NCBI GenBank assembly: GCA_047495785.1
Contig: JBLDXI010000026.1
Span: forward strand, 1,302,001 to 1,366,000
Direction of reading: 5' to 3'
Length of the DNA stretch: 64,000 nucleotides
Origin: Lepidodermella squamata
Taxonomy: Eukaryota; Animalia; Gastrotricha
The translations under genes and the position numbers were made by a program. The notes beneath the pieces are model-generated. The model saw only the letters and a list, made by a program, of their open reading frames with translations, ran no database searches and was not told where the DNA came from. Below are positions 37,931-51,700 of this stretch, in pieces (the first letter of the stretch is position 1; the number at the start of each line of letters is the position of its first letter).

Positions 37931-39730
37931 ATGAAAACTATTATATCACTTCTGGTTCTGGCTTTCAGTGTTCTGGTGGCCTACAATCTCTGCGGCTCGA
38001 AATCAGGGCAGGACATAGACCGGTTCAGATACTCCGAACCTCTCCAATGGGGTGAATCCAACAATGTTGATATTGCTATCAAGCCGTTCGTGGTCAACGT
38101 TTCGAAAGATGTTATCGACGATGTTAAACGAAGGGTTGCCTCTTACAAGTTTCTTCGAGCTCTTGATGGAGCCGGTTATGATTACGGCATTTCTTTCGAT
38201 GCCCTAAAATCGGTAGTGAAATTCTGGCAAGAAAAGTATGACTGGTCCAAAGCCGAAGCCAAGTTGAACTCACTGCCCCAATTTCAAACTGTAATCCATG
38301 GCATAAACCTGCATTACATTCACATCAAGGCTGATATCAAGAATGATCAAAATTTCAAGAGAATTCCGGTGTTGATGGTACATGGATGGCCAGGGTCAGT
38401 CCTGGAGTTCTACGAAGCAATTCCTCAGCTATTGCAGCCGAAAGATGGGGTAGTGTTTGATATAGTCGCACCGTCAATTCCAGGCTACGGCTTCTCGGAA
38501 GCGCCAGCTAAGCAAGGTTGCGGACCTGTAGCTATCGCTCAAATGTTCGGCGAATTGATGAAACGATTAGGCTACAAGAAATACGTCTACCAAGGTGGCG
38601 ATTGGGGTGTTTTAATCGGAAATATCCACGCGCGAATGTTTCCTGATAACATCATTGGCTTCCATTCGAATGGTGCCATGGTCCCAGCTTCAACTAAATT
38701 CGACTTGTTCAGATTAATATCAGCGATTGTCACTCAATCTTCTTATCTTTTCGGTGATGACGTCCATAAAGTTAAAATAGACAATTTTAGTTGGCTGCTG
38801 AGTGAATTGGCATATGCTTACGAGCAAATGACGAAGCCAGATACGGTAGGCGCAGCTCTTTCTGACACACCGGTCGGATTGGCCGCTTATATTCTAGAGA
38901 AATTCGCAACATGGGCGGAACACGTCGAGTTCAAGGACGGAAAAGGCATTAGGAATGAAGATTTGATTACGAATGTGATGGTCTACTGGGTCTCAGGACA
39001 TGCAACATCGTCACTCCGAATCTACCGGTAGGATTTTTTTCGTTCAACATCTTTTCTGCTCAGAGCTCCTCAAATGCGCTTGCTGATAATAATCGTTTTC
39101 TCGTACCCAAATTTAGCTATTTCCGTTTTTTAGCTATTATCAGCTATTACCGTAGAGCGGTACAATTTTGAACAGGGTACAACTTTGAACATTTTTTCAA
39201 AAGTACAATTGTGAACGAACGTTTGCATTGAAAAAAATGAAAGTGTTCAAAATTGTACTTTCGTGAGTGTGAAGTACAATTTTGAACATTAACGAAATTT
39301 TCAATGCAAACGTTCGTTCAAAATTGTACTTTTGAAAAAATGTTCTACTTTGTACTTGTTCAAAATTGTACCGCTCTACGGTATCAGACAAAAAGGGTAC
39401 GAAGAGATTATTCACAAGCGCATCATGAAGAAATCGAGCGTAAAAGCTACATTTTTTCCTACTTCATTTTTAAATTGCAGCGAAATGGGTAAATCTCTGA
39501 AAGAGTACGGTTCTTGGTTGAGACATCCCTACGAGGTTCCGACTGCCGTGGCTTGCTATCCCGCTGAGCTGTTGTGTTCTCCGAAATCCTTACTGAGCTA
39601 CGAAATGCCTCGTCTTGTCCATTATGTCGATATGCCTTCTGGGGGACATTTCGCGGCTTTCGAAGAGCCAAAACTGTTTTCTGAGGACCTTCGTAAAGCT
39701 ACTTTGGCTTTTATCAAGGCCCAAGAATAA
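37931..39730 (+). CDS. Epoxide hydrolase EH4 (2 exons; MITE in the intron)
   Basis: All catalytic motifs; first ATG at 37931 (TTG at 37922 corresponds to the ATG of EH2); last exon starts near 39481. Confidence 0.92.
39150..39381. mobile_element. Palindromic 232-bp MITE (Tc1/mariner-type), copy A
   Basis: TIR CCGTAGAGCGGTACAATTTTGAACA, TA target duplication, nearly full-length foldback. Confidence 0.92.
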
Positions 39731-39740
39731 AAATGACGTA

Positions 39741-39972
39741 CCGTAGAGCGGTACAATTTTGAACAAGTACAAAGTTGAACATTTTTTCAAAAGTACAATT
39801 TTGAACGAACGTTTGCATTGAAAATTTCTTTAATGTTCAAAATTGTACTTCACACTCACGAAAGAACAATTTTGAACACTTTCATTTTTTTCAATGCAAA
39901 CGTTCGTTCAAAATTGTACTTTTGAAAAAATGTTTAAAGTTGTACCCTGTTCAAAATTGTACCGCTCTACGG
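39741..39972. mobile_element. Palindromic 232-bp MITE, copy B (inverted relative to A)
   Basis: Same TIRs and TA duplication; near-identical to the reverse complement of copy A. Confidence 0.92.
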
Positions 39973-40833
39973 TACTGGTTGTTTAGGAATGACGAAGCAA
40001 TTGTAGTTAAACAAATGAATAAAAAGAATTGATTGACTTCTGAGTTGACGCGCTAGGAATATTTCCTATTATTGCTAACTGTTTAGAACTTCAGGTTCAG
40101 AACATATAACTAAAAGTATGGTTTTAACCATCTCAATTGTAGCCGTCGATGTTCCAATAAAAGGGCGCATCTCCAGCAATTTGTAACTGAGTATTGTAAC
40201 ATCGGCCTTTGGCAAGTTGCGGCTTGCTCAGGTCTTTAAGCAATCGGCAATAATTCTTGGCCCTGGTGGATTTTCAGCTGAATCCAAACTGATCTAGCGG
40301 CCAAGCTAGGCCCGCTCTCGTTCCTGTCTATTTACGACAAAGTCCTCAACATGTTAATTTTCTCGTAATTTCGGAATGAAAAATGTAGGCCGGGGAAGGC
40401 GAGGAAAGGGCTGGTTGCGCGCAATGACTGTCTGTTGCCCGAAGTAACCATAGGAAGTAACAGATTAGTTGCGTATGCTAGTTTATTGAGTTTCAGTGAT
40501 AAGGTCGAATACATTCTAGAACTCTGCAGGTCGAATCCAGTATTTGACACCTGCGAAGAAAGGTGCAAACAGGTGGAAATATGCAATGACATGCCTCTGT
40601 CATGCGGCTCTCCTTTCATTCATGAATGAGCCGAAGGGCAAAAAACTCCATTTCAAACGTTCGTTCGTAACAAAAGCGGTTTAAATTTGACCCCCAGTAG
40701 CGACAAATTCTAGCTATACGCTCGAGACAAGAACGGTGATCAAAATTTGCCCTTTTTAATTTACATCGACCAACATAGTTGGGAATAGCGCATTATTACT
40801 ACAGTCTCTCTCATTTCTTACGAAGTCGCAGAG

Positions 40834-42247
40834 ATGAGTTTTATAAAAGCAATTACTTCACTGCTTGTTCTGGTAGTTAGTATTCTCTTAGCATGCAGCC
40901 TCTACGGCCGAAAATCAGAACCAGAGTTTCATCGTTTCAGATACCCTGAACCTATACAATGGGGCGAATCCAACAACGCTGACGTAGCTATCAAGCCGTT
41001 CGTGGTCAACGTTTCGAAAGATGTTATCGACGATGTTAAGCGACGAGTTGCTGCTTACAAGCCTGTTCGAGCTCTTGACGGAACTGGTTATGACTACGGC
41101 ATTTCATTCGACGCCTTAAAATCGGTAGTGAATTTTTGGCAAGAAAAGTATGACTGGACGAAAGCCGAAGCAAAACTGAACTCCCTGCCCCATTTTCAAA
41201 CCGTGATCCACGGAATAAACCTGCATTTCATTCACATCAAGGCCGATGTCAAGAATGATCAAAATGTCAAAAGAATCCCGTTACTCATGGTGCATGGATG
41301 GCCAGGATCAGTTCTAGAATTCTACCAGGCTATTCCTCAACTACTAGAGCCGAAAGATGGCGTGGTTTTCGACATTGTAGCACCGTCAATTCCAGGTTAC
41401 GGCTTCTCGGAAGCGCCAACTAAGCAAGGTTGCGGACCTGTAGCTATCGCTCAAATGTTCGGCGAATTGATGAAACGATTAGGCTACAAGAAATACGTCT
41501 ACCAAGGTGGTGATTGGGGAGCTATTATTGGAAGAATCCACGCGAGAATGTTTCCTGATAACGTCATCGGCTACCATATGAATGTAGCCGGTGCCCCAAC
41601 TTCAACTAAATTTGACCTGTTCAGATTAATAACCGCGACCATCACTCAATGCCCATATCTCTTCGGTGACGATGTCCATAAAGTTAAAAAAGACAATTTT
41701 AGTTGGCTGTTGGGTGAAACTGGATACTTCTATGAGCAAGCAACAAAGCCCGATACGATAGGAGCTGCTCTTTCTGATACCCCAGTCGGATTAGCGGCTT
41801 ATATTCTAGAGAAATTCGCAACATGGGCGGAACACGTTGAATTCAAGGACGGAAAAGGCATTTCGAACGAAGATATGATTACAAATGTGATGATTTACTG
41901 GGTCTCTGGGCATGCAACATCTGGTGTACGATTCTACCGGTATAACCCGATTTTTTGATAGTTTCGCATTTTGCATCTATAATAATTTCAGGGAAGCGGC
42001 TAAATCATTTGATATAATGAATTCGTGGGTGAAGCATCCTTACGAAGTTCCGACTGCCGTGGCTTGCTATCCCGCTGAGCTGTTGTGTTCTCCGAAATCC
42101 TTACTGAGCTACGAAATGCCTCGTCTTGTTCAATATTCTGATATGCCATCTGGTGGACATTTCGCGGCTTTCGAAGAGCCAACACTGTTTTCTGAGGACC
42201 TTCGCAAAGCTACTTTGGCTTTCATTAAAGCCCCAGAACAAAATTAG
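40834..42247 (+). CDS. Epoxide hydrolase EH5 (2 exons)
   Basis: All catalytic motifs; ETGYFYEQATKPDT. Confidence 0.95.
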
Positions 42248-42431
42248 CCAATCGACCACGTGTTTTCGAACATTGAAATATTGAAATAGATGAAAAGAAT
42301 CAGTGTCTGTTTTGTTATTTCCATTTTATTTTTCCCGTCTCACAGGTAAAGCGGCTAGTTCAAAAAATCACAACAATTACAACAAGCAAATCACTCTCTC
42401 AAAATAAATAATTTCCAACGCTCTTTAAATC

Positions 42432-43975
42432 TCATTTTGGATCTTTGGCTGTAGCAGCTTTCGTTTCGTCCTCGGCCCTGGCAGCCAAAATAGCAGCAGC
42501 AGCCGCTCGGAAATCCTTGGCAAATATCTCAGGGACTTCCATAGCAGCGAAATGGCCACCATTAGGCATATAAGAATAATGGACTAGCCTCGGCATTGAG
42601 CTCTTCAAAAGTGCCTTGGGCGTGCAAACCATCTCCAACGGGTAGCAAGAAACACCGGACGGGACAACAATCGGCTTCTTCAGCCAAGCGTTGATATCAC
42701 TCTGATACTGAACATATTCCCTAGAAAATACCAAATAATTAGCAAATCAATCACTAAATCGCTAAAAATTACTTGTAAAATCGAAGCGAGGAGGTCGCTT
42801 GGTTCGTTACCCAGTACAACATGATATTGGTCAGCATGTCTTCGTTCGAAATTCCATCGTTATGGCCCTTCACTTCAGCCCGTTCGGAAGCTCGTTCGAA
42901 TTTTTCAGCGATCCAAGATAGAAGTCCGGCAGGGCTATCGGTAAGAGCCACTCCGAGAGTATCCGGCTTCGTTGCCTATATTCCAGGATCCAAAACAAAT
43001 TATTTTATCAATAAGAACATCTCAATTTTTCCACCTGAATATGAAAATAGCCGAATTTTTGCCAAATAAATGATAGCAAGTCGAGTTTAACGAATCTTGG
43101 AACATCCTCTTCGTCCAGCAATAAATTCGGCAAAAATCTAGCAGCCAGTAAATGAAGTTTTTCACATGTTGTAGCCATAGGGAATGACATTAAATTAACA
43201 TGGTGACCGATCACACTTTCCGGGTAAATTCTGACCAGCAAATTACCAACAATAGATCCCCAATCTCCTCCTTGATAAATGAATTTTTCATAACCAAGAC
43301 GCTTCATTAGGGTGTGATAGACTTGTGCAGCGGCTACCTGGTTGAAACCAGGCTTTACCGGGGCTTCCGAAAAAGCGAAACCGGGAATGGACGGGGCGAC
43401 AATATCAAACGCGACGCCATCAGGGCCGGGTGAGGTAAGCAGAGGAATAAATCGGTAAAATTCGACAACAGAGCCCGGCCATCCATGACTGATCAAAAGT
43501 GGGACTCTTAGAAAAAATTGAAAAATTAACCCGAATTAATGTGAAAATATTTCAATTTGTACTTCTTCGTAGCCTTAGGATCAGCTTTTACGTGGACGAA
43601 ATGAACTTTCAGCCCTTGAATGACAGTAGTAAATTGCGGGAATTGATTAATCCTCGACTCGAATTTTGCAAAGTCGAATTTTTCACGCCAATACGTGACC
43701 AATTTGTTCATATCTTCGCCGGCAAATCCGTAATCCTGGCCAACCCCAGCCATCACGTCAAAAGGGCGGTATCTAGCCAAGCGACTTTTCAGGTCTTCAA
43801 TCACTTTCGGGTCCGATTTGTAGACGAATTTCGTGATTTTTTCGTCCGGCTTTGAGTTGCCCCAAACGTAATCATCCGGGTATAAAAATGGTTTTTCATT
43901 TGTATCATTACAGCAGCGGGTCGCTAGATAAGCAACAAGCCCAACTGAGGCTCCAAAAAATAATAATTTAAGCAT
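42432..43975 (-). CDS. Epoxide hydrolase EH6 (4 exons)
   Basis: HGWPGS, GGDWG, RFYK, CYPLE, GGHFAAME. Confidence 0.93.
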
Positions 43976-44090
43976 AGCCCTGGCGAGAAAAACGAAAATA
44001 ATGTAATCAAAAAATGATTGTCAATTAAAATAATCTCAAAAATCATGATAAAATAATTTCAATTATAACCGGATAAAAAATTCAAATATT

Positions 44091-45541
44091 TCAAACAATG
44101 GTTTTTTCTTTTTGGCGAGCGTCCAGTATAGCGATAGCAGCGGCTCGAACGTCTTTTGCGAAGAATTCCGGCTCTTCCATAGCGGCGAAATGACCGCCCC
44201 GCGGGCTGTCCACGTAATGAACCAGTTTCGGGGCCATGCGAGACAAAAGAGCCTTAGGCGAGCACGAAAGTTCGAACGGATAACACGTGACACCCATCGG
44301 AACTGAAATCGGGAGACTTTGCCAAGCTTGGATATCTTTGAATGTTTGAATGGTTTCCCTAAAACCAAGTTTTGAACCCTTTTCTACAGAAAAAATATTG
44401 AAGGGCATACTTGTAGAAACGGCCAGCAGAGGTTATGTGATTATTGATCCAATAAACCATTAAATTAGTGATGACATCATCGTTTGAAATGCCGAATCCA
44501 GGCTGGCTGCCCTTGACCTCGGCATCTTGCGTGTATTTGATGAATTTCTCAACAATCCACGCAGCAAGTCCGACAGGGCTGTCAGATAAGGCTACACCCA
44601 GCGTATCCGGCTTAGTAGCTTGCATATGGAAGTAACCAGTTTCTTCCAATAATTCGCCAAAACTCATCTTCGCCAACTTTGCCGCGTCATTTTCACCGAC
44701 GACCAATTTCGGGGCTACCATCGCGGCGAACAATTGAATTTTTTCGATAAAGCTCGCAGTAGGCGTCGTGACGAAATTTGTGTGGTAACCAATCACGTTT
44801 TCGGGGTACATGCGAGATATTTGCATACCGATAATCGAGCCCCAATCCCCGCCTTGATAGATGTACTTATCATAGCCGAGCCGCTTCATTAGCAAGTTGA
44901 AAACTTGGGCAGCTGCGACTGGGTTGAAACCTGGCTTTGAAGCAGCTTCTGAAAACGCGTAGCCCGGAATCGACGGGGCAATTACGTCGAAAGCCAGGCC
45001 ATTCTCGTCGGCCTTGGTCAGGAATGGAATCGTTCGGCAGAATTCTACGACTGATCCCGGCCAACCGTGAACCATAAGCAACGGAATCCTAAACAAAAAT
45101 CGGTTTGAATACCGAATTTGAACTCGAAATTTCTCACTTTTTCGTAGCTTTCGGGTCAGCCTTAGCGTGAATAAAATGAACTTTAAGGCCCTGGATAACA
45201 GTCGTGAATTGCGGCAGTGAATTAAGGTGGGCTGCCGCTTTCGCCCAGTCGTACTTCTCCCGCCAGTATTTGACCAGATTATCGAGCTTCTCACCGGCGA
45301 AACCGTAATCGAAACCGACGTTTTCCATCGGCGAATGTCGTCTCCAGCGGGCGAGCCTGTCCTTCAAATCGGCAATAACATTTTGGTCGAATTTTACCAC
45401 GAATTTTTGGATCGATTCATCAGCCTTTGATTCGCCCCATATTGTTGATTCGGGGTAAATCGCCGGTACATCTGCCTCTTGTTTAGAAAAATAAAGCGCG
45501 GCTCCCAACACCAAAATTGAGAGGGCAATTAAAATTTTCAT
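44091..45541 (-). CDS. Epoxide hydrolase EH7 (3 exons)
   Basis: HGWPGS, GGDWG, ETGYFHMQ, CYPFE, GGHFAAME. Confidence 0.93.
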
Positions 45542-45761
45542 GATATAAATACAAGCCCTAAAAATTATTAAAATAAAATTGAAATATAGTTGATAATTGC
45601 TATGCTGGCTAATATAACAGCTAGAACGTGTTTCTATGCCAAAGAAACATGTAGTAAAAACATGGAAATCGACTAAACTATGATTTTCATAGGGAGAATC
45701 ACCGATTTTTCAGGCCAAGGCAAGTTCTTGTTATGTATTGTCTCATCACAATTTGAGTTTG

Positions 45762-48700
45762 TCATTTTGAGCCAAGAAAGGCGACACAGGCAGATCGAAC
45801 GTCGTTTGCGAAAAACTGCGGTTCTTCGATAGCCGGAAAGTGGCCACCGTGCGGAGCGTCGACGTAGTGGACCAGTTTAGGAAATTGATGAGAAAGAAGC
45901 GCCTTCGGAGCGCATACTGTCATGTCATGGGGGTAACACGTGATTCCGATCGGAACGGTGACAGGCAAAGCCATCCAAGGGTTCGTTTTGTCGCCGGTGT
46001 GGATCGCCTCTCTAAAATGAAATTTGAATTAATGATGAGTAATTATTATTTCGAGTTGTTGCAAAGTTGTTTCTAATGATTTTAACCGCTTTCGCATTAT
46101 TATAGGGCTTGTACGTGATACGTTTTGTACATTCTGTCATAACAGATCCGATTGTTGGAAATTGATATTAGTGAGCGAGCTGTCATATTAGTTCTATGGC
46201 AGCAAGTGAACGTTTTATGATACATCATTCAGTTTATAGTATCATTAAGTTTATGGTGTTTATGATGTTACTTGGACTAGGCTTTATAAGCTCAAGTTTT
46301 AAGTCAAATAAATGTCTCTTAGTCGCGGTCTGACTTATAGTTTTCAACACCGATCAAGGATCGAAGCATTCTTCCACGACGAGGAAAGCTCCATAAACCG
46401 TGCTGATGGTAGTCTCTGATAAAGTTAGGACTTTTTCTTATGCTAATTGGGCTTTTACTGCTGTAGTTGATAGCAGTTATAGCGAATAAATCAGAATAGT
46501 CACAGTGTCTCTGTTGGCCAAGAATAAAAGCATTTGAGTTACTCATGTGAGTGGCCCTAAAACAACCTTTTCCCCTTTGAAGTACTTTCCTATATAGCAT
46601 GTCTGATTTCGAGATGCCCCAGCTCAACGTGGCTCTGCCCGATCCCGAGTCTGATAATCGTACTTATGAGGCTGAGTTGTCGTCCCTATTCGGTCTACCT
46701 TGCTCGGTGTATCTTAGGAAATTACGTCGGCAAAAACGTGCCATGCTTTTGCGTTCTTCAACTCGAAAGAAGAACTTGAAATGGCAAAGTAAACTTTCTT
46801 GAGGTCTTTTTCGCGTTGTAGAGCGTTGAATTACAGCATCGGCGAGTCGATTATCAGTGAATACATTCAGAAACAGACTACCGGGAAAGTTGAGAAGATC
46901 ACGTTTTACAACTCCGCAGTCGACAAAATAAGACTGGAGAGCGAAATATTCAAATCCGACCCATGCACAGCAGGTTTTCATGTAGCCGGTGGGCATGACC
47001 CTTTCACAGCCTATGCCGTATTTGAAAGTCTGCTTGGAGATGGCAACAGATCCAAAGTGACCGAAGAGTGGTTCGCAACGAACTACGCCCGATTTTTCAG
47101 CGGTCACCTAGACAATAACACATTTGGTTTTCTTTGCTACATTTACGGGGAAGCGTTCGAAAAGGGTGTCAGGGTTGCGATAGCCTACAACTCAGCATAC
47201 CTGATTATAACCATAACGTTAATCCTTGTGTCTTAACAATGGCTCTGCAATGTCGCCAGTTTACTGTCATATCAGCTTTGTCAAACTTAGCTGACGACGC
47301 ATCGACAATTGGCCTTACCTTTGACATAGCTGATGGAGAAATTCGCGAAACACACGAAATGAGCAAAGCTTGGTTGGATATTTTTCCGTTCGACAATCAG
47401 CAGCTATACGCAGATCTATGCAAACATAACTGCAGGGGCTACTGTTCTAATGGACTAGAATTTTGTCCAATTTTGACATACCTGCATGCTCTTCTCAACG
47501 TTCGAGTTTCTATATCCGGCCTTTACGGTTTTTTCCTCCAGGATGGTTCAGGTGGAGCCTATTTGGGCGAATCTTCAGATCTAAACAAACGATTCAATGC
47601 GCACATAAACCGCTATAGCGCTGCCATCTGCTCTACCGGAAAACACGCGTGACCATACCTTTTACTACGGCGCCATCGGAAGGCGCCCTACTCCGAAAGA
47701 CCCTTTCAATCTGTTGTAGGACACAGTTCAGAGGGTGGTTTGACCTCATCAAATGAAACAAAAGCAAGTAAAAAGTTGCCACGCATGCTTTGCAAGTCTT
47801 CAAAGGAAGCAATCGTCAGATGCGAATTATAACAAGCATTCCATCTTATGTGATTGGAGTTATTATTATTTTTATAATTTGCTCAACGTTTGGTGCCTGT
47901 TTTTCGATATTTGTACTACATGCGCATTTTCTTCATTACCACTTGCGTTAGCGAATGCAGCATGTAGCTTATGCAGTTTTTTAAAGCAATGGTCTTCCTT
48001 TCTTGATTTTCGACGCTACTCCATTGTCATAAGTTTCATACGCAGTTTTCTTTTGTTAGTCATCTGTTGCGGGCTGATACTTTGTATATTTCAGCTTATC
48101 TATTTCGGCTTGGAGAAAATATCAATAAATTGCAAACGTTGAAGTATTACAAGTATTGCTTCTGTCTGTTTATTGGAATTAACTATCGAACTCGAAGCCC
48201 AAGCTGCTACACCAACACCAGCGGCTAACGCCAAAGTTGCGATAAATTCGAGTACGATCTGCGTCATCTATACCCGCGTTTTTCCCACAAAATCCGCGCG
48301 AAACGGAAGCTCTCCTGACAAGAAAGCTGGTGTCTGTTTTCGAGTCACCTCGCTGACTTACTGCTGGGCTGATCGTATCGTCTACAACAGACCCGAAACT
48401 GCGATCATCACGGGTTTCAAGTGGCCGTCTCATCGCACCGAATTCGAACACCTTTTACGCTACAACAAATCTCTGGAACCTTCTTGCTGCTATTGATAAT
48501 TGTCCTATGATGCTTATTTTTTTCAGTTCCATCGAGTTGATGTATGAAGAACTGCGAAAATCTGAGCATGCTGCTGTTTATGAAAAATTCATCGCTAACT
48601 TCGATAAGACCTATGTCCGTAGCCCTCTGGCTTGTTGGTACGAAGGTGCCCATGATCATAACATGACAAACAACGGTGTAGAAGCTAAAAACAATGCGAT

Positions 48701-51700
48701 GAAGGATGAACACGATGCATTCGCTAACAAGTTTCTTTCCCATCTCTTACAACGTCCTCCATGATTGGACGATTGAAAGGGCAAATAGTACTACTGCGAG
48801 TGTGCAACATTGACCACGTCTGCAAACATGCCATTGGAACATTGGCTTATCGGAACAAAGAACTCATGCCGGAGGAGGACGCGAACATGTTCCAGAAAGT
48901 CGAAAAGAAGCGCCACATTGGTGGGCACGAGCTACCAATTCGGCCTTGAACAAAGAAAAAACGAGGCCGATTTGTACGATGCATCTGACCTAGCCTAGCC
49001 AAAGCTGTTGAATTCGACATGCAACTGAACCGGCAGCTAAGCGTAGCTACCGAAAGCTGTTGAGTCAGCTGTGCGAGGACGCAAAGCCCCTTAGGCCCAT
49101 TAACCGAGAAAAAGTAGGAAAATCTCAGGGCAGGATGAAATTAGAATCGAGGTGCTCGGGGCACTTGAAGAGACAGGAATTGATTGGCTACACAACTTCT
49201 TTAATAAGATATGGATTGAAAATATATTTAGAAATGATATTTTGATTTTATTGCTAGTTCCAATACCGAAAAGGAGACACCAAAAATCCAGCAACTACCA
49301 ATGAATCAGCATAAAATTAGCGCTGTGGCCAAATGTTACGCAAGAATTCTCGAAAGGAAATTACGCGCGAGGGCGAAGAAAATACTAGAAGATAACCAGC
49401 GCGGCTTCATGGAGCAGAAATGACGCAGAAATAGGAGAATTTACGTCTATGTTGAAATAAATTCTCGAGAAACTCATTGTTGAAGCTTGTCAGACTCTAG
49501 GGTTGAAAATAAACGAGCCCAAAACTAATACGTAACAGAAATAAAATCAGTATCCTTGTCAAGATCCTTATCAGCGAGCTGATCTGTCCTTTCTAGGTGA
49601 ATCGACATGATATTATTAAGGAAGTAGAAAAAGATCATGGTGGCAAAGGACCTCATCAACGAGATATTTCGAAATGTCAATGATTGGAAATGTCTTGAAA
49701 GCCTCAACTTGAAAACTTCGCATCGCGAACTTGTCCGAATCCAGTTACCGACTCTCAATTTTTCCGATTATCAAAAAACCCTAAAATTAACGAAAATAAA
49801 ATAATGTTATCAGACTCTTTGGAGCCGATATTGCTCTATGGTCTATGGTGCGCCTGCCGGGTTCTGCCTTCCCCCTTCAGCCTTCAGCCGCCTTGTGGAC
49901 CTAGAAGCCTGTTGAGTCTTCCTCATAAAATCCACCCTATTGATGTCATCGCATTTGTCTGAGTCACAGTGATCGACCTCATAATAATTTGAAAAGGCGC
50001 GAGAATTCAGGTATAAGGTTTGACGACGAATAACTAGAGTTTTATCGTCGAATTTGCATGCAATTTGCATTCAAAATGAATAATACAATTTCGCCCCAAT
50101 TGCTCACTTTTTGCAGGCCTTGGCAGCTATTTTTCGCACGCCTGGCTTGATGGTATCTACTCTAAATCAGCAATCACCCTTTGCTCCGATTTACTCGGCG
50201 GGTTTATACCGAAACTTGCAGCCAGCCGATATTTGCACACCTGGTGCTTCTTCGCATTCGCAAGTACCGAATTTCCCGTTCTTACCGCCGCAACCTGCAA
50301 CTCAACAGCCTCAACCACCAAGATTGCTACAATCTCAGCCTCCGAATTAAACCTAAACGACGCGCTAAAACATCGAAGCCAAAACTACCCGCCAGCGAAC
50401 CGAAGGAGACACTGCCGATACCGAAGTCGAAACTGAAAAAGACGTCGAGGCGCCTCTCGGACTAGCTTCAGAAAACACTCCTCAGCCAATATGTACTTGT
50501 CTAACTTGGCTTTAAAGTCCTCAACTTTTTCGAAAAACATTCAAATGAATAATTTATCGGCTACTTTTACCTAATCTACGTGGCATAAGTTATCGCGCCT
50601 CGAGCGCCGCGAGGCGGATGGTTGTTAAAATAAAATCTCGATATGCCAGCAGAAAAAATAATTTCAAACTGGAATTTTTATAATCGCAACTTACTTGTAG
50701 TAACGAGCAGCAGACGTAGCGTGGTTCGAAAACCAATGCAACAAGACATTAGTGATCAGGTCATCATTCGAAATCCCCTTGCCAGCCTGGCTGCCTTTGA
50801 ACTCGGCATTCTCCGAATATTTCACGTATTTCTCAACGATCCAGGCCGCCAAACCGACCGGGCTGTCAGACAATGCGACTCCCAACGTATCCGGCTTGGT
50901 CGCTTGAATGTGGAAATATCCGGTCTCTTCCAACAGATTTGACCATTTGACGTCGCTAAGTTTCGAAGCGTCCTTCTCTCCAACGACCAATTTCGGGGCA
51001 ATTAAGGCGGCGGTTGTGTGAGTAGACTCGACAAAACTGCCGAAAGGCAGCATGGCACCAATGAAATGGCTACCAATCACGCTCTCCGGGTACATTCGGA
51101 TCATCAAAGCGCCGATACCTGACCCCCAATCACCTCCCTGGAAAATGAATTTTTCGTAGCCGAGACGTTTCATGAGTGTGTGGAAAATCTGGGTAGTAGC
51201 TAGGATGCCGAAACCGGGTTTAGTTGGGGCTTCTGAGAGCGCGAATCCGGGAATCGAAGGGGCAATCACGTCGAAGGCAACACCATTCTTATCGGGAGTC
51301 GTTAAAAATGGGATGGCACGATAGAATTCGGCGACAGTGCCAGGCCAGCCATGAACCATTAGAATAGGGACCCTATAGAAATTTCAAAAATATTCGTTTT
51401 TGGAACAATTTTTCAGCGATAAAACCAACTTTTTCGAAGCTTTTGCATCGGCCTTAGCGTGGATGAAATGGACCTTTAACCCTTGGATAACGGTCGTAAA
51501 TTGAGGCAGAGAGTTGAGATTGGCCTCGGCTTTGGCCCAGTCGTACTTTTCACGCCAATATTTGACCAAATTGTCCAAATATTCACCCGCTAAGCCGTAG
51601 TCATAGCCAACCCCCTTCAATGGCTCGTGACGGCGCCAGTTATCCAAACGTTCCTTCAAATCTTGGAGAGCTCGCTGATCCACCTTAACAGTGAAGGGGG

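Noticed and set aside
37922-37933. Non-AUG start for EH4
   Set aside because: An in-frame ATG three codons later preserves the anchor, matching the EH3 start
39150-39972. CRISPR-like recurrence of GTACAATTTTGAAC
   Set aside because: Internal subrepeats of a eukaryotic MITE; no unique spacers and no cas genes
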